DNA of 64,000 nucleotides. Origin: Spironucleus salmonicida (taxonomy: Eukaryota). Shown here piece after piece: positions 41,408-53,309 of this stretch. The stretch spans positions 496,001-560,000 of the forward strand of contig NC_090602.1 in NCBI RefSeq assembly GCF_000497125.1, in the 5' to 3' direction. A program made the translations under genes and the position numbers. Every line of letters starts with the position of its first letter. Positions within the stretch are counted from its first letter, which is position 1. The notes beneath the pieces were generated by a model, which saw only the letters and a list, made by a program, of their open reading frames with translations, was not told the origin of the DNA and did no database searches.

Positions 41408-42047
41408 TTTATAGGCCTTGGAGAATTTATTACCTATTATATGTGCATCCCAATATATACTAGAAATGCTTGCAGCGCTGCAGTCTGTGGGAGTAGAGGC
41501 ACACACCGTTGGGGACTAGGTCGTAGGCACGCTGCGAATCGAAAATCATAATATCACGGTGACGGCAAGCTAGGGCTCGTGGGGATGCAGGATTTCCTTC
41601 GCAGAGGGGGGAATGGAGTTTACAGTATAGAATCCACCAGGTGTCGCCGCATAGGACCTCGTGGCCAACTCAATGGTTGCACTACCAGTGCTTATGCTAG
41701 GCAAGGACTATCACCCAAAGCATAGCACACACTAAGTAGGGCTTGGGGCCGAAATCAGGCCTGACTATGTGGCCGGATAGAGGAATGTTCCAGACCGCCA
41801 GCAGCACAGCGCCATGCCGTCATTTGGTGTGGGAAGAGGGGATGTAGCCCCGTTCCCGGATCCTATGCGCGCGCACGACCCAGAGTATGCAGGAATGATG
41901 GTGGGGTAAAACCACCCAGGCTTCGGTAAAATTCGGAGGGACCCAATTCACCCAGACACCAGTGGATCCGATGGATTCAAGAGCTCACTAGACCAGAAGT
42001 TCATGTTTCTTTGAGTGACAACATACATCACTGGTAGTTTACTAGCA
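41120..42047 (+). repeat. Inverted repeat 1, left arm (928 bp)
   Basis: Reverse complement of 43570-44497; no differences noticed by eye. Confidence 0.95.
41466..42014 (+). CDS. PI31/PSMF1-like proteasome regulator, 182 aa (copy 1)
   Basis: C-terminal VGRGDVAPF...GMMVGQNHPGF...RRDPIHP and terminal MFL resemble PI31 G..DLDP, GM.VGP.HP.F, RFDP and the HbYX-type tail. Confidence 0.7.
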
Positions 42048-43392
42048 CATCTAAAATTTATTTGCCTTATTCTTTCTTAATACTGGCTGCAAACTTTTTA
42101 AGTCCAATAATTAGTTTAAGAAATAGGTCTTCGGAAATTTTTAAAGATTATAACTCATCTATAAAAACTTGAACACTAGCTTCGGTATTTTTTTTATTAT
42201 ACTAATGTTAAAAACATAATATGCTAACGTCTACAAATTTTATCGTTAAATCATTTAATGTCTAATCGTAAAACTCTGGATCAGCAATATATTTCTTTGT
42301 ATAACATTTATCTAATAGTGCCATCGCAACTTTCTCTCGGAAAGTAATAAATTTTTGTACCTATTTTATAAATTAATATGCTTGTTAAATAGTAGGACGC
42401 TCTTTTTTGAACTTACTAATCATCTAATAGATACTATCTTGATACTATTAAAGTTTTTCTTTGGCATGATAATCAAATCTACTCATTATTTAAAGGACTT
42501 CGCTGAATTCAACTAAATACATATCATTTATTTATAAAATAAGAAGTTCAGGATTATTGATGTTGATAGTAGCCAAAAATTTGTTAATCTACTCTTTCCT
42601 AGAATCTTCAAAGAATACTGTAATCTAACCAGGTTGGATTAGATTTTTTTATGTTAGATATTTCTCAATTTAGAAAGATACTTAAACGTCAATTTACGCA
42701 TTTTATGATTTAGAAATAAATTTACTAGTAAAATATTAATATGTATTTTATGCTAATGCTAAAATTGTATTATTGGTGGTCGAACTATTTCGAATCGAAC
42801 TCCCTGACATTATGGCTGAAACTTACTATTTGTGAATTTATACTTTAGCCAATAAGCGATGTAATTCTAACTCAAATTATAGATGAAAATCAACAACGCG
42901 CTAATAAAATCTTAATAAAGGAAAATCATTGAATAACTCTGGAAAAAACGACATTATTTGTCCTTTCGCTATTAGGACAAATGGTATATCTAACCTTAAA
43001 AAATGTATTATCAAGAAATTAGATAATAATTACTATAATGGCAAAGAATTTAAGTACTCGACAATTTTCTACTAATAATTTATGAAGAATTGACTCTGAT
43101 CTTAAGCAGGATCAAATTATAAAATATGAGATATAATAGCTAAGTCCAAGAAGTTATTCTGAAGAATAGTTTTAATATCATTTTAACAGGATAATTATCG
43201 TATAAAATCTATTTTTTCTTAAAGTATTATGTACTAAGGTGATATTTCTATTGTTTCTATATATTATGAATCTTCTGATGATAATAAAAGCTCATCCATA
43301 TTCAATTAATCTTCTGGATATGCTGATTCTATTGGCACTAACTCACAGTTTAGTAAAAATGTCTTCGATAACGATCTAACAGGATTTATCAT
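42028..43392 (-). CDS. Hypothetical protein, 454 aa, in the spacer of inverted repeat 1
   Basis: Continuous table-6 ORF ending CAG-TGA; its last 20 nt lie inside the repeat arm. Confidence 0.7.
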
Positions 43393-43569
43393 TTTATCTT
43401 GATTAATATATAAAGTATATAATAGTTTAATTATATCGTTTAAACAGGCTTTATTGCTTAAATTCTAAAGAATTATAGATACAATTCCTAATTAAACTAT
43501 ATTTGTTTATTATATTGAATAATATTATTTAAAACATTGGTAGGTTGTATTCAAGTGTAATAATAAACA

Positions 43570-44497
43570 TGCTAGTAAACTACCAGTGATGTATGTTGTC
43601 ACTCAAAGAAACATGAACTTCTGGTCTAGTGAGCTCTTGAATCCATCGGATCCACTGGTGTCTGGGTGAATTGGGTCCCTCCGAATTTTACCGAAGCCTG
43701 GGTGGTTTTACCCCACCATCATTCCTGCATACTCTGGGTCGTGCGCGCGCATAGGATCCGGGAACGGGGCTACATCCCCTCTTCCCACACCAAATGACGG
43801 CATGGCGCTGTGCTGCTGGCGGTCTGGAACATTCCTCTATCCGGCCACATAGTCAGGCCTGATTTCGGCCCCAAGCCCTACTTAGTGTGTGCTATGCTTT
43901 GGGTGATAGTCCTTGCCTAGCATAAGCACTGGTAGTGCAACCATTGAGTTGGCCACGAGGTCCTATGCGGCGACACCTGGTGGATTCTATACTGTAAACT
44001 CCATTCCCCCCTCTGCGAAGGAAATCCTGCATCCCCACGAGCCCTAGCTTGCCGTCACCGTGATATTATGATTTTCGATTCGCAGCGTGCCTACGACCTA
44101 GTCCCCAACGGTGTGTGCCTCTACTCCCACAGACTGCAGCGCTGCAAGCATTTCTAGTATATATTGGGATGCACATATAATAGGTAATAAATTCTCCAAG
44201 GCCTATAAATCACTCGAAGATCCTGTTCTTGAGCACCACCGGCAGGAAAGCCGTCCACGCCAGGTACAACAGAAATACGAAGCTTCCGGCTACACCGAAG
44301 CCGAAGTTCACACCGTAGAGCACCCTTGGGCCCGAGAACGAGTACACCTGGCTCATGTAGCACGCCGCCTGCATCATCAGCAGGTGGAACGCCCAGTAGT
44401 AGTAGCTGGCCTCCCCGCTTCGCGTGTCCTCGTCCTCCAGCGTGCTCGCGAAGTCCGCCACGTCCGGCGGCGACGCGCTCCCGATGAACAGCGTCCT
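43570..44497 (-). repeat. Inverted repeat 1, right arm (928 bp)
   Basis: Reverse complement of 41120-42047. Confidence 0.95.
43603..44151 (-). CDS. PI31/PSMF1-like proteasome regulator, 182 aa (copy 2)
   Basis: Mirror copy of 41466-42014. Confidence 0.7.
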
Positions 44498-45364
44498 AGG
44501 AGTAATCTGGACCATATTCATTATAAATAAAGCAGCTATTGTAAAAATTAGCAAAAACGAATTACATGTATCAATACCAGCCTGGTTCAATATAGTCTAG
44601 CCAGTTGGGTCCAATCCCGGTTAGTTTCCAGCACAAATCCGCAAATAGTGAATTCCAGCAATAGAGGAAAGCCCGGAAACGACAAAAGCGGTCCCATGTG
44701 ATTTTGGAATAGAGGATAAAACATATGCAATAAGTAATATAGCACAGAAAATAGACGTTGTGATTATGTAAACAAGATGCTGGGTACGTACAATAACGAA
44801 GATTATGCAAAATGCGCAAACTGCAAAATGAACAACAATCCATAAAATACCACAGATTCGTGTAAAGGTACTACCGTTTAGCATGTAATCATATAGCAGG
44901 TAGAAAAGCTCTGCGTATATAAAAAGCTAGAAAAATTGGAAAAATCCAGCAAACGCAGCAGATAGATAGGCGAAATTCTGCATATCTTAGTTGGAAACTG
45001 CAAAGAAGGAAAAGAACAAAATCAGCAAAATAATAAATTTTACATAAATTAGACCCCTATGGAAAAATTTAGCTACTTGGACAGTCTTTGTAGAAAGTTA
45101 AAACAGTGAAAATGCGAACAAAGAAAAGTGGAACACAAAAAATGTGAATGAAAAGCGTATAACAAAAGCCCATACTCTGTCAAAGGCTCCAATTTACTTG
45201 TATGCTGGGAAAAAGTTCCAAAACACGTTGTTGAATAACGCAGGTCTGTTTTAGACAGCTACGGAGCAAATAAATGCTATAAGTAAGAAAATAATATAAA
45301 TTAAGCGGATAAAACGCATATTTAGACAAGATGATGAAGAAAAACAAGACATACAGCATCCCAT
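44210..45364 (-). CDS. Serinc/TMS1 family membrane protein, 384 aa
   Basis: MGCCMSC N-terminus, RLIYIIFLL, VIRFSFTFFVFH, FHRGLIYVKF, YYYWAFHLLMMQAACYM, LYLAWTAFLPVVLKNRIFE: Serinc hallmarks. Confidence 0.88.
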
Positions 45365-46462
45365 TTTGATATGTGGAATGGCCATAATTTAAGTATAATA
45401 ATAAGTAAATTGTAGTGATATCCAAGAGTCTCTTTATGATTCTAAAGATAGATATTTGTAGACAATTGTTTGTAAACCATTTCTAAACTTAATATTCTTC
45501 AGGCACCGCTTATAAAAGTAAGTAAAATGTAATGGTATACTTGTCATTATTTTATATGGTTTGCTATTTCAAAAAAAATCATTTTTGATACAAAATTGAC
45601 ACCATTACCAATACTTTATATATTTACTGTTTCGATAGGTTAAAATACTAGTTTTAATTACCAACAAAAATAATATTTAAGTCCAGCTAGATGTTTTGGA
45701 AATATGAGATAGGATAATAAACTTATATTATATTTACACATATTTAATTTAATTTTTATTCAGTGGGATAAAATTATAATAAATAAGTATTCATAAAGTT
45801 GAAATTATAATATAAGAGATTTTAGATTTTAAATACTTTAGAATGAATTTTGTTAAAAATATTAGATTGATTTGTTTAAGTAAGAATAATGAAATAATTA
45901 TAAGATTAAATTATATTTGTCTTAATAACATTCTTTCAACATTAAGATTGCATTATCCCAGAAATAATATAGTAGTAGGACCATTAAGTAAAATTTATAT
46001 ATTTACCTTAACTTCTAGTATGTAATCAAAATAATTATAAGTAATCGAGTAGTTAGAATTTAATATTTTATAAAGTAATTTATTCGTACTTTAACAAAGT
46101 AAAAGTGGTGTGAGTCCTAATTAATGCATTATATATGTAAAAATATCTCAGATAATTTAGTTTTTATTATAATTTAATTATGAAAAATATAATGATTTAA
46201 GAAGTTAGAATTAGGATTTTTATTAAAAAGAATTATAAATCTGATAATTTTGAATTATTCTTTGCCTTAAAAATATGAAGGTTTATATTTTACTCTTTAA
46301 GGAAAGAAATTATACTAAAATATTAGTTTAGTAAATATAATCATGAATAGATTTTAGTTATATAAATACTGATAATTTCCAACTTTATGACACTACAATT
46401 TTAAGTAAAATAAAATATACAGGTATACATATGAAAGATAATTCAAAATAATTATTACCAAA

Positions 46463-46882
46463 TCATTAAAGTTTTTCTAGTAACTTCTCTGCTTTAATCA
46501 ATTATATACTCAGTTCATTACATAGATCTGCTAGTGATCTATCTTATCCAGGTTTTTATCTAAGTTGCTAGTATTTATTTTTCAATTAAATTAGAGTAAG
46601 ATCAGGGAAATAGTTTTAAATTATAGACCAATTTTTACCATGTATTTTGACTAGACTTAGTATCTATGCTTTTTCTTACTCAGTCCACTTATGATTATGC
46701 ACTAAATCTGGATTTTCTTATTTATGTTTTCTTAGATACCCATAAAATTTATTTTATAATTCAATTTTAGTATACATTGGAAAATGTCCTTATACAGAAT
46801 ACCAATCAATCGTATTGCACGGCTTTCTATTAGATTTAACTAATGATACTAAGCTATTTAGAGAGGGATCTATTGCTGCCAT
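46463..46882 (-). CDS. Myb-like DNA-binding domain protein, 139 aa
   Basis: HKWTEQEKAQILSLVKIHGKNWSIIQNYFPDLTLIQLKNKY plus a degenerate upstream repeat (IDWYSVQGHFP..TKIELQNKFY). Confidence 0.9.
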
Positions 46883-47509
46883 TTTCAAATTGATACCTAT
46901 TTATATTGTATTAATATTTAATGTATAGATTCTATGTAAAAATATGCTTTTTCTGTATTCATGAATTATTATGTTAAATATAATAGGTTAATAAAAAAGT
47001 ATATTAGGTTTCTTGTATAAATTTCTATTTAATCTATATCATTCATATAATTAGTCTTGATTTATTTAACTTGTTGTGTAAAATATCAGCAGATCTATAA
47101 CTGATTATTATGATATTATTAGTTTATTAATAGTTTTTAAATAATTTTACAGATATTATTATATCTATAATTTACGAAATAATTTAATAATAGGCTTTTT
47201 ATGATGTCTGATTTTTTACTAAATTGTATATTTTCCACAAATATACAAATGAATCTTTATTAGCAATCTTTGTAATTATAAAATTATTTAGTATACTTAT
47301 TAGTTTTTGTTAAGTATTTCGGTTACTGAGTTTTTATATCTATACTAGAACTATATAATAATTCTATTGCGATAAAAATTTGAACCGTAAAGTGGATAAA
47401 CATTTATATTTTTAAATATAAACTCTACTATATAATTTAAGGCTTAAAATAGTCATTAATTAAATCACAATATACATATTCTTGTCCGGAAAAAGAAGCA
47501 AAAAATATT

Positions 47510-47986
47510 ATGATTAGTTAGCAACTACTGGATAAATTTAACGTTACAGGGTCTTATAATATCAATGATTAAGTTACTATGCATTACGCTGAATATGAAG
47601 TAGAGTTTAAAATAGAACAATCTGACAATATAAAAATCATTAAAATATATAATCTTATAAGCAGTTTACAACTTAAAAATACAATTATGCAACCAAAATA
47701 TCGTTTTGTAGAGTAGATGCTTATCAGATAGATTAATATAAAAGTAACAATTAATAAAAAATAATTTTCTATTATATTTAACATTAGTGAAAACAATAGA
47801 TACTATATTTTTCAAATTGATTTTGTACAATTTAAGATATATTTTTCAGAAATAAAAAGTAGGATTACTTATTTATATATTACACTAATTAAAATTTCAT
47901 TTAATATTAAGTCTTAAGAAATAGATATGACTGTGAAATATTTATTAAAAGATTATTATATCATACTAATTATATATCATTTATGA
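47510..47986 (+). CDS. Possible hypothetical protein, 158 aa
   Basis: Open frame only; very AT-rich. Confidence 0.3.
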
Positions 47987-50898
47987 ATTAAATTTTTTGG
48001 TAAGCATTATACACCTTTTTATCAACTTTCGAGACCCCTAGCCCACCTCCTCGAGTGAGGGACTTACTCGCTAAACACCCAGAGGTTCGCCCTTTGGATA
48101 AAGTTCTAACGTAATCTCAGAGTTGAGTTGTTTATTTAATATTCCGTAATGATTAAGCTGTTCAAAGTTAATAAAATATTATTAAAAAATGTTTCAAATA
48201 TAATTCTGCTATAAGCAACGCGCATACTCAAAATACCAGAGTAATAATATTAAGAAAAATGGATGGATTCTATCATAAATTCAAAAAGTTACACCAGAAT
48301 GACGATAGTTCTGAAATGACAGTCTGCATCGGGGCTAGCTTATTAGGTTAGGTTAATTACACGCATAAACTGTAGCAGATTCAGAGAATAAGTAAATTTA
48401 TATGCATTATAAGCAACGTAGTATTGTACTTATTCATACATATTTAGAGTTAAATAAAGTACCAGTTAATATTTTTATTCTGCAGTTTTTGTAAAAATTT
48501 TGCTGAAATACGTGCAATTATATATTTAAGACTTTAACGGGTCGCGATATTACGTATTATATAATATGAGAGAATAAAATGAACAAACTAAGCGTAAAAT
48601 ATTGAATATTTAATTACTGTTCTTATATAGCTCCTAATTGCTACAGTCATATCGATAAATACCAAGAGTTAAATTAGTTTCTAAATCAATAGAAATCTCG
48701 CTATGTGAATGTACAAGGTAATTATTAGTTTGGCATAAGCGGTAAATGGGATGATGACAAAGTCAAGTTTACAGACAGGATATAATTTATATATATTTGC
48801 TATTAAAATAGCTTAATTACTAACCTGATTCCAAATCATTAGTCTATTAATAATTTTACATCTTATGGTTTATCTTTAGCTTTATCTCTCACTATAGTGA
48901 AAATCAAAAACCAACCTCAAAAATTTATCGTATAGTTAAGGCAAAGAGGATATAAATCTTAATAACTATTCTGGTTAAATTATTTCAAAAATCCTGTATT
49001 ATCATAATTAGCTAATAATTATTTATGTATAAGTGGATTAATTAATTTAGGAGTTGTAAGTATGCCATACAATTGATTCAATTTTTCGTGATTGAGAATT
49101 GTAATAGTTTGTGTCAGAGAAAATATCAATTAATGTTAACACTTTGGTTATACTTTTACTTATCTATTTATTTATATTTTACTTAGTTAATTATAACGAT
49201 AACTAATTAGCATTAACTTAGTCTTAACTTGCTTTTCATTTAATATAATATTCTATCAAATCCAAATTTTGCAGCAACTTTGACGAAAACAACTAAAATA
49301 TCATTTACCTTGATTTTGAGCTTCCGGAATAAAGAAGATCAACTTCTAGCCTTTGAATAAGTAACATAATCTAGCATATAACTTGGTGTGCAGATTAAAA
49401 TAAATGCTTTAGTCATTAGCTATATATAGAGATTGTTGTTGGTTTCCATATATAGACAATACTCATCCTTTAGCATTATAATAACTAAAATATAACAAAT
49501 GATAGTTAATCATGGAAATAGGATAAATTTTTTAGTATAAGCTCTAAAATAGAAACTTTATAAAGATGACAAAGAATATTTTAGTATGCGGAAATTGAGT
49601 AACTGAAATTTATTTACAATATATTTATCAAAGTGAATGTGCGTTAATGCCTACACATGAAATATTTATATCAATACTTTTGTTATAAAGCTTGACTGCA
49701 CCGTGAAAATACTGATAACATATTTATTTTAAAATAAACACGGTAATTTAACTTAATATTGATATTTCGATAGTGATCAAATAGTACTAAACGATATTAT
49801 AAACCAACTATATATTATATTGTAAGTTCTTGTAAAAATCTACGCCTGCTGACGAAATTAACGGCTATATACTTTAGATAGTAAATATGGTTCAGTAGCT
49901 TGCCGACATGCTATATATAATTTCTAAATTCATCTATATGACCATTAAGAATTCTGTTAGTACTTAATAGAATGATAAATTTACTTCGAGCTACCATTAT
50001 GGATATGTGCTAATTTCTGTGATACTTAGTATTAGCCATTTATTTGTAGATTAATTAGTTACTCTAGATACAATGCTAACATGTAGAAATTTAGTATAAC
50101 TTATATTAGTTAACATTATATGATAATCCTCTATATGGGGATAAGACTTTGCAGCATTACTAAAAATTCAGTAAGCAAGAGAATAGAGTGTCCTCGCTAG
50201 GAATTGTGACTAAAACACAAAATTTTAAATTTTATACAGAATGTTAAATTTAAATTCGTCATGAGCAGCGCGGGTTTAATACTAGGATTCTCAAAGAGTA
50301 GAAAAATTATTAACAATTTATAATATGATCTATAATGCTGATGAATCGATCGCACTTTAACACAACAAGTTATTTTTGGCTGTATTAGATTATTATGAAT
50401 AGTTTTTTACAGGCAATTATGGTTTAAATAAATACAGACAGTAGGATTTGTAGTAAATCAGATACATACAAATATTCTAAATGAATGTGCAGTACTTCGT
50501 GGATAAAATTAATTTCTTGTAAAATTACTAGTCCTAAATATCAAATTATACTTTTCGCACTAATGTACACAATACACCTACTTACTAAAAATCTTTAAAT
50601 CTTTTCAGTTATTTAGTCATCATAATAAGAGATTCAATAGTTTTCAGATACCGAAAGATGTTTATATGTGTATATAATTAAATATATATGCTGGTGGATA
50701 TATTTTAATAATATCATAGCTATTCATAGAGAACAATCTGATGAGACTTTACTACGGCTTCAAAATATGTATATAATACTTAGTATAGATAGAGTATTAC
50801 GAATTAATCTTCCATGAAACGTATTTTCTAAAAACTGTATTCAAATTTGCTACAAAAATTTTGCTAAACTACGTAGCGGAGACGAAGGTGACCAGCCG

Positions 50899-51291
50899 TC
50901 ACTAAAGGCTATTCATAAACTCGTCCTCTGTGGTAAAAACACCACCGACCGCTGCATTCCTGCTACGTATGATCTCATCATCTAGTGCTTACTAATCTAA
51001 CAGGCCAAATACACGACCTGCTCCGAGAAAATGCTTTTGTGAGTTTTCAACTCTAATATGGCTATTGAAGTAAAATTTATGTTGTTCCTGCTGTCTGCCT
51101 TGTCGTTCAAATATGTAGATAGGGCGGACATATGCTATTTTCTCGATTTGGAGTACACGCCCCCTGTAAAGAATTGTTTCAGGGTTGGGATTAAAAGCAG
51201 GACCTGATGACTAAAGTAGTTGTCTAATAGAATCTTAGGCGCTGCTAGGTGTAACTGATGGTAGACTGCTAAAATAACCTAAAGCGGGCAT
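50899..51291 (-). CDS. Hypothetical protein, 130 aa (copy in left arm)
   Basis: Mirror copy of 52917-53309. Confidence 0.65.
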
Positions 51292-51318
51292 TTGGAGCGG
51301 TAAATGATTTAGAAAAGA

Positions 51319-51906
51319 TCACATCTTAACATACCAATCGAGTCCTCTGGGTTCGAAGGGTGCATCAGCCATGCAAACGGGACATTTCATGGGAGCTTTA
51401 GCGCCTACGTGAACATGACCGCATACCATGCAGATCCAGGTGGTGGCGTCTTTCTGTGTATAGACACGGTCACTCTTTACAAGGTTGAGAAGGTTAGTAA
51501 AACGCTAAGCATGATCAGCTTCTATTTTAGCGAGGTTACGGAAGAGAGCAGCAATGGCTGGGAAACCTTCATCAGCTGCAACTTATCCGAAATGTGGGTA
51601 AGCATGGTCAGCCTCCTATGTTTCAGCAGAGATGGAGAGCTCGAGATTCTCAATTGTGGTACCATTTTTGCCACCAGGATAGGTAGCAGTGATTTCGACA
51701 TCACCACCTTCAAGGAAGGAGAAGAGACGGAAAGCATGGGATTTCTCCATATTGGCGTTATCGTCAAAGATCTTCTCAATGTAGGGATAACCTTCCTACT
51801 TTGCCTTATTGGCGAATTACTTGTAACGGTTGAAAGCCTGTGATTCGCCTGCGAAAGCTTTGAGCACGTTTTTCTCGGTTTCAGTTCCTTTAATTGATTT
51901 GGACAT
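51319..51906 (-). CDS. rbr: Rubrerythrin, 195 aa (copy 1)
   Basis: Mirror copy of 52302-52889. Confidence 0.95.
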
Positions 51907-52301
51907 TGAGGAAAGGTAGTTTTTGAAACAACGTTAGAGGCAGTAATACACAGATATAGGTCACTTCAGATGATTAAAAGTATACAACATGTATACATGG
52001 CCGGAGGAAGCTGGAGCGATCACATATTTGCAATTTATATACTTCTACTGACAATATTCACATGCTTATATAAGTAGTAATATGTATTTACATTTGTATA
52101 CTAGCATATATTCTCTAACTTAAAAATATACGATATTTAATTTGTTTTATAAAATACAATACTATATTAATACACTTCATCCATAGGTCCGCTCCAGCTT
52201 CCTCCGGCCATGTATACATGTTGTATACTTTTAATCATCTGAAGTGACCTATATCTGTGTATTACTGCCTCTAACGTTGTTTCAAAAACTACCTTTCCTC
52301 A

Positions 52302-52889
52302 ATGTCCAAATCAATTAAAGGAACTGAAACCGAGAAAAACGTGCTCAAAGCTTTCGCAGGCGAATCACAGGCTTTCAACCGTTACAAGTAATTCGCCAAT
52401 AAGGCAAAGTAGGAAGGTTATCCCTACATTGAGAAGATCTTTGACGATAACGCCAATATGGAGAAATCCCATGCTTTCCGTCTCTTCTCCTTCCTTGAAG
52501 GTGGTGATGTCGAAATCACTGCTACCTATCCTGGTGGCAAAAATGGTACCACAATTGAGAATCTCGAGCTCTCCATCTCTGCTGAAACATAGGAGGCTGA
52601 CCATGCTTACCCACATTTCGGATAAGTTGCAGCTGATGAAGGTTTCCCAGCCATTGCTGCTCTCTTCCGTAACCTCGCTAAAATAGAAGCTGATCATGCT
52701 TAGCGTTTTACTAACCTTCTCAACCTTGTAAAGAGTGACCGTGTCTATACACAGAAAGACGCCACCACCTGGATCTGCATGGTATGCGGTCATGTTCACG
52801 TAGGCGCTAAAGCTCCCATGAAATGTCCCGTTTGCATGGCTGATGCACCCTTCGAACCCAGAGGACTCGATTGGTATGTTAAGATGTGA
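52302..52889 (+). CDS. rbr: Rubrerythrin, 195 aa (copy 2)
   Basis: KGTETEKNVLKAFAGESQAFNRY, EKSHA, E..E...Y, EADHA diiron ligands and C-terminal WICMVCGH...CPVC rubredoxin-like site. Confidence 0.95.
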
Positions 52890-52916
52890 TCTTTTCTAAA
52901 TCATTTACCGCTCCAA

Positions 52917-53309
52917 ATGCCCGCTTTAGGTTATTTTAGCAGTCTACCATCAGTTACACCTAGCAGCGCCTAAGATTCTATTAGACAACTACTTTAGTCA
53001 TCAGGTCCTGCTTTTAATCCCAACCCTGAAACAATTCTTTACAGGGGGCGTGTACTCCAAATCGAGAAAATAGCATATGTCCGCCCTATCTACATATTTG
53101 AACGACAAGGCAGACAGCAGGAACAACATAAATTTTACTTCAATAGCCATATTAGAGTTGAAAACTCACAAAAGCATTTTCTCGGAGCAGGTCGTGTATT
53201 TGGCCTGTTAGATTAGTAAGCACTAGATGATGAGATCATACGTAGCAGGAATGCAGCGGTCGGTGGTGTTTTTACCACAGAGGACGAGTTTATGAATAGC
53301 CTTTAGTGA
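52917..53309 (+). CDS. Hypothetical protein, 130 aa (copy in right arm)
   Basis: AAATG start 27 bp after the rubrerythrin stop; ends TAG-TGA (AGTGA). Confidence 0.65.

Larger units (their letters stand above)
48026..52018 (+). repeat. Inverted repeat 2 (palindrome), left arm, 3993 bp
   Basis: Position x pairs with 104208-x; one mismatch noticed (49769 vs 54439). Confidence 0.95.

Noticed and set aside
41096-44530. MCASTPTD... and MLHEPG... ORF pairs
   Set aside because: Shadows of the Serinc and PI31-like frames in the repeat arms.
48100-50850. Coding-like patches in the outer palindrome arms
   Set aside because: Multiple stops in the frames examined; at most decayed genes.
52190-52245. 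Possible box C/D snoRNA (GC-rich tract then CTGA)
   Set aside because: No box C or terminal stem.
51409-52799. 144-aa and 85-aa ORF pairs in the track
   Set aside because: Antisense or off-frame shadows of rubrerythrin, which is broken by TAA/TAG under the standard code.
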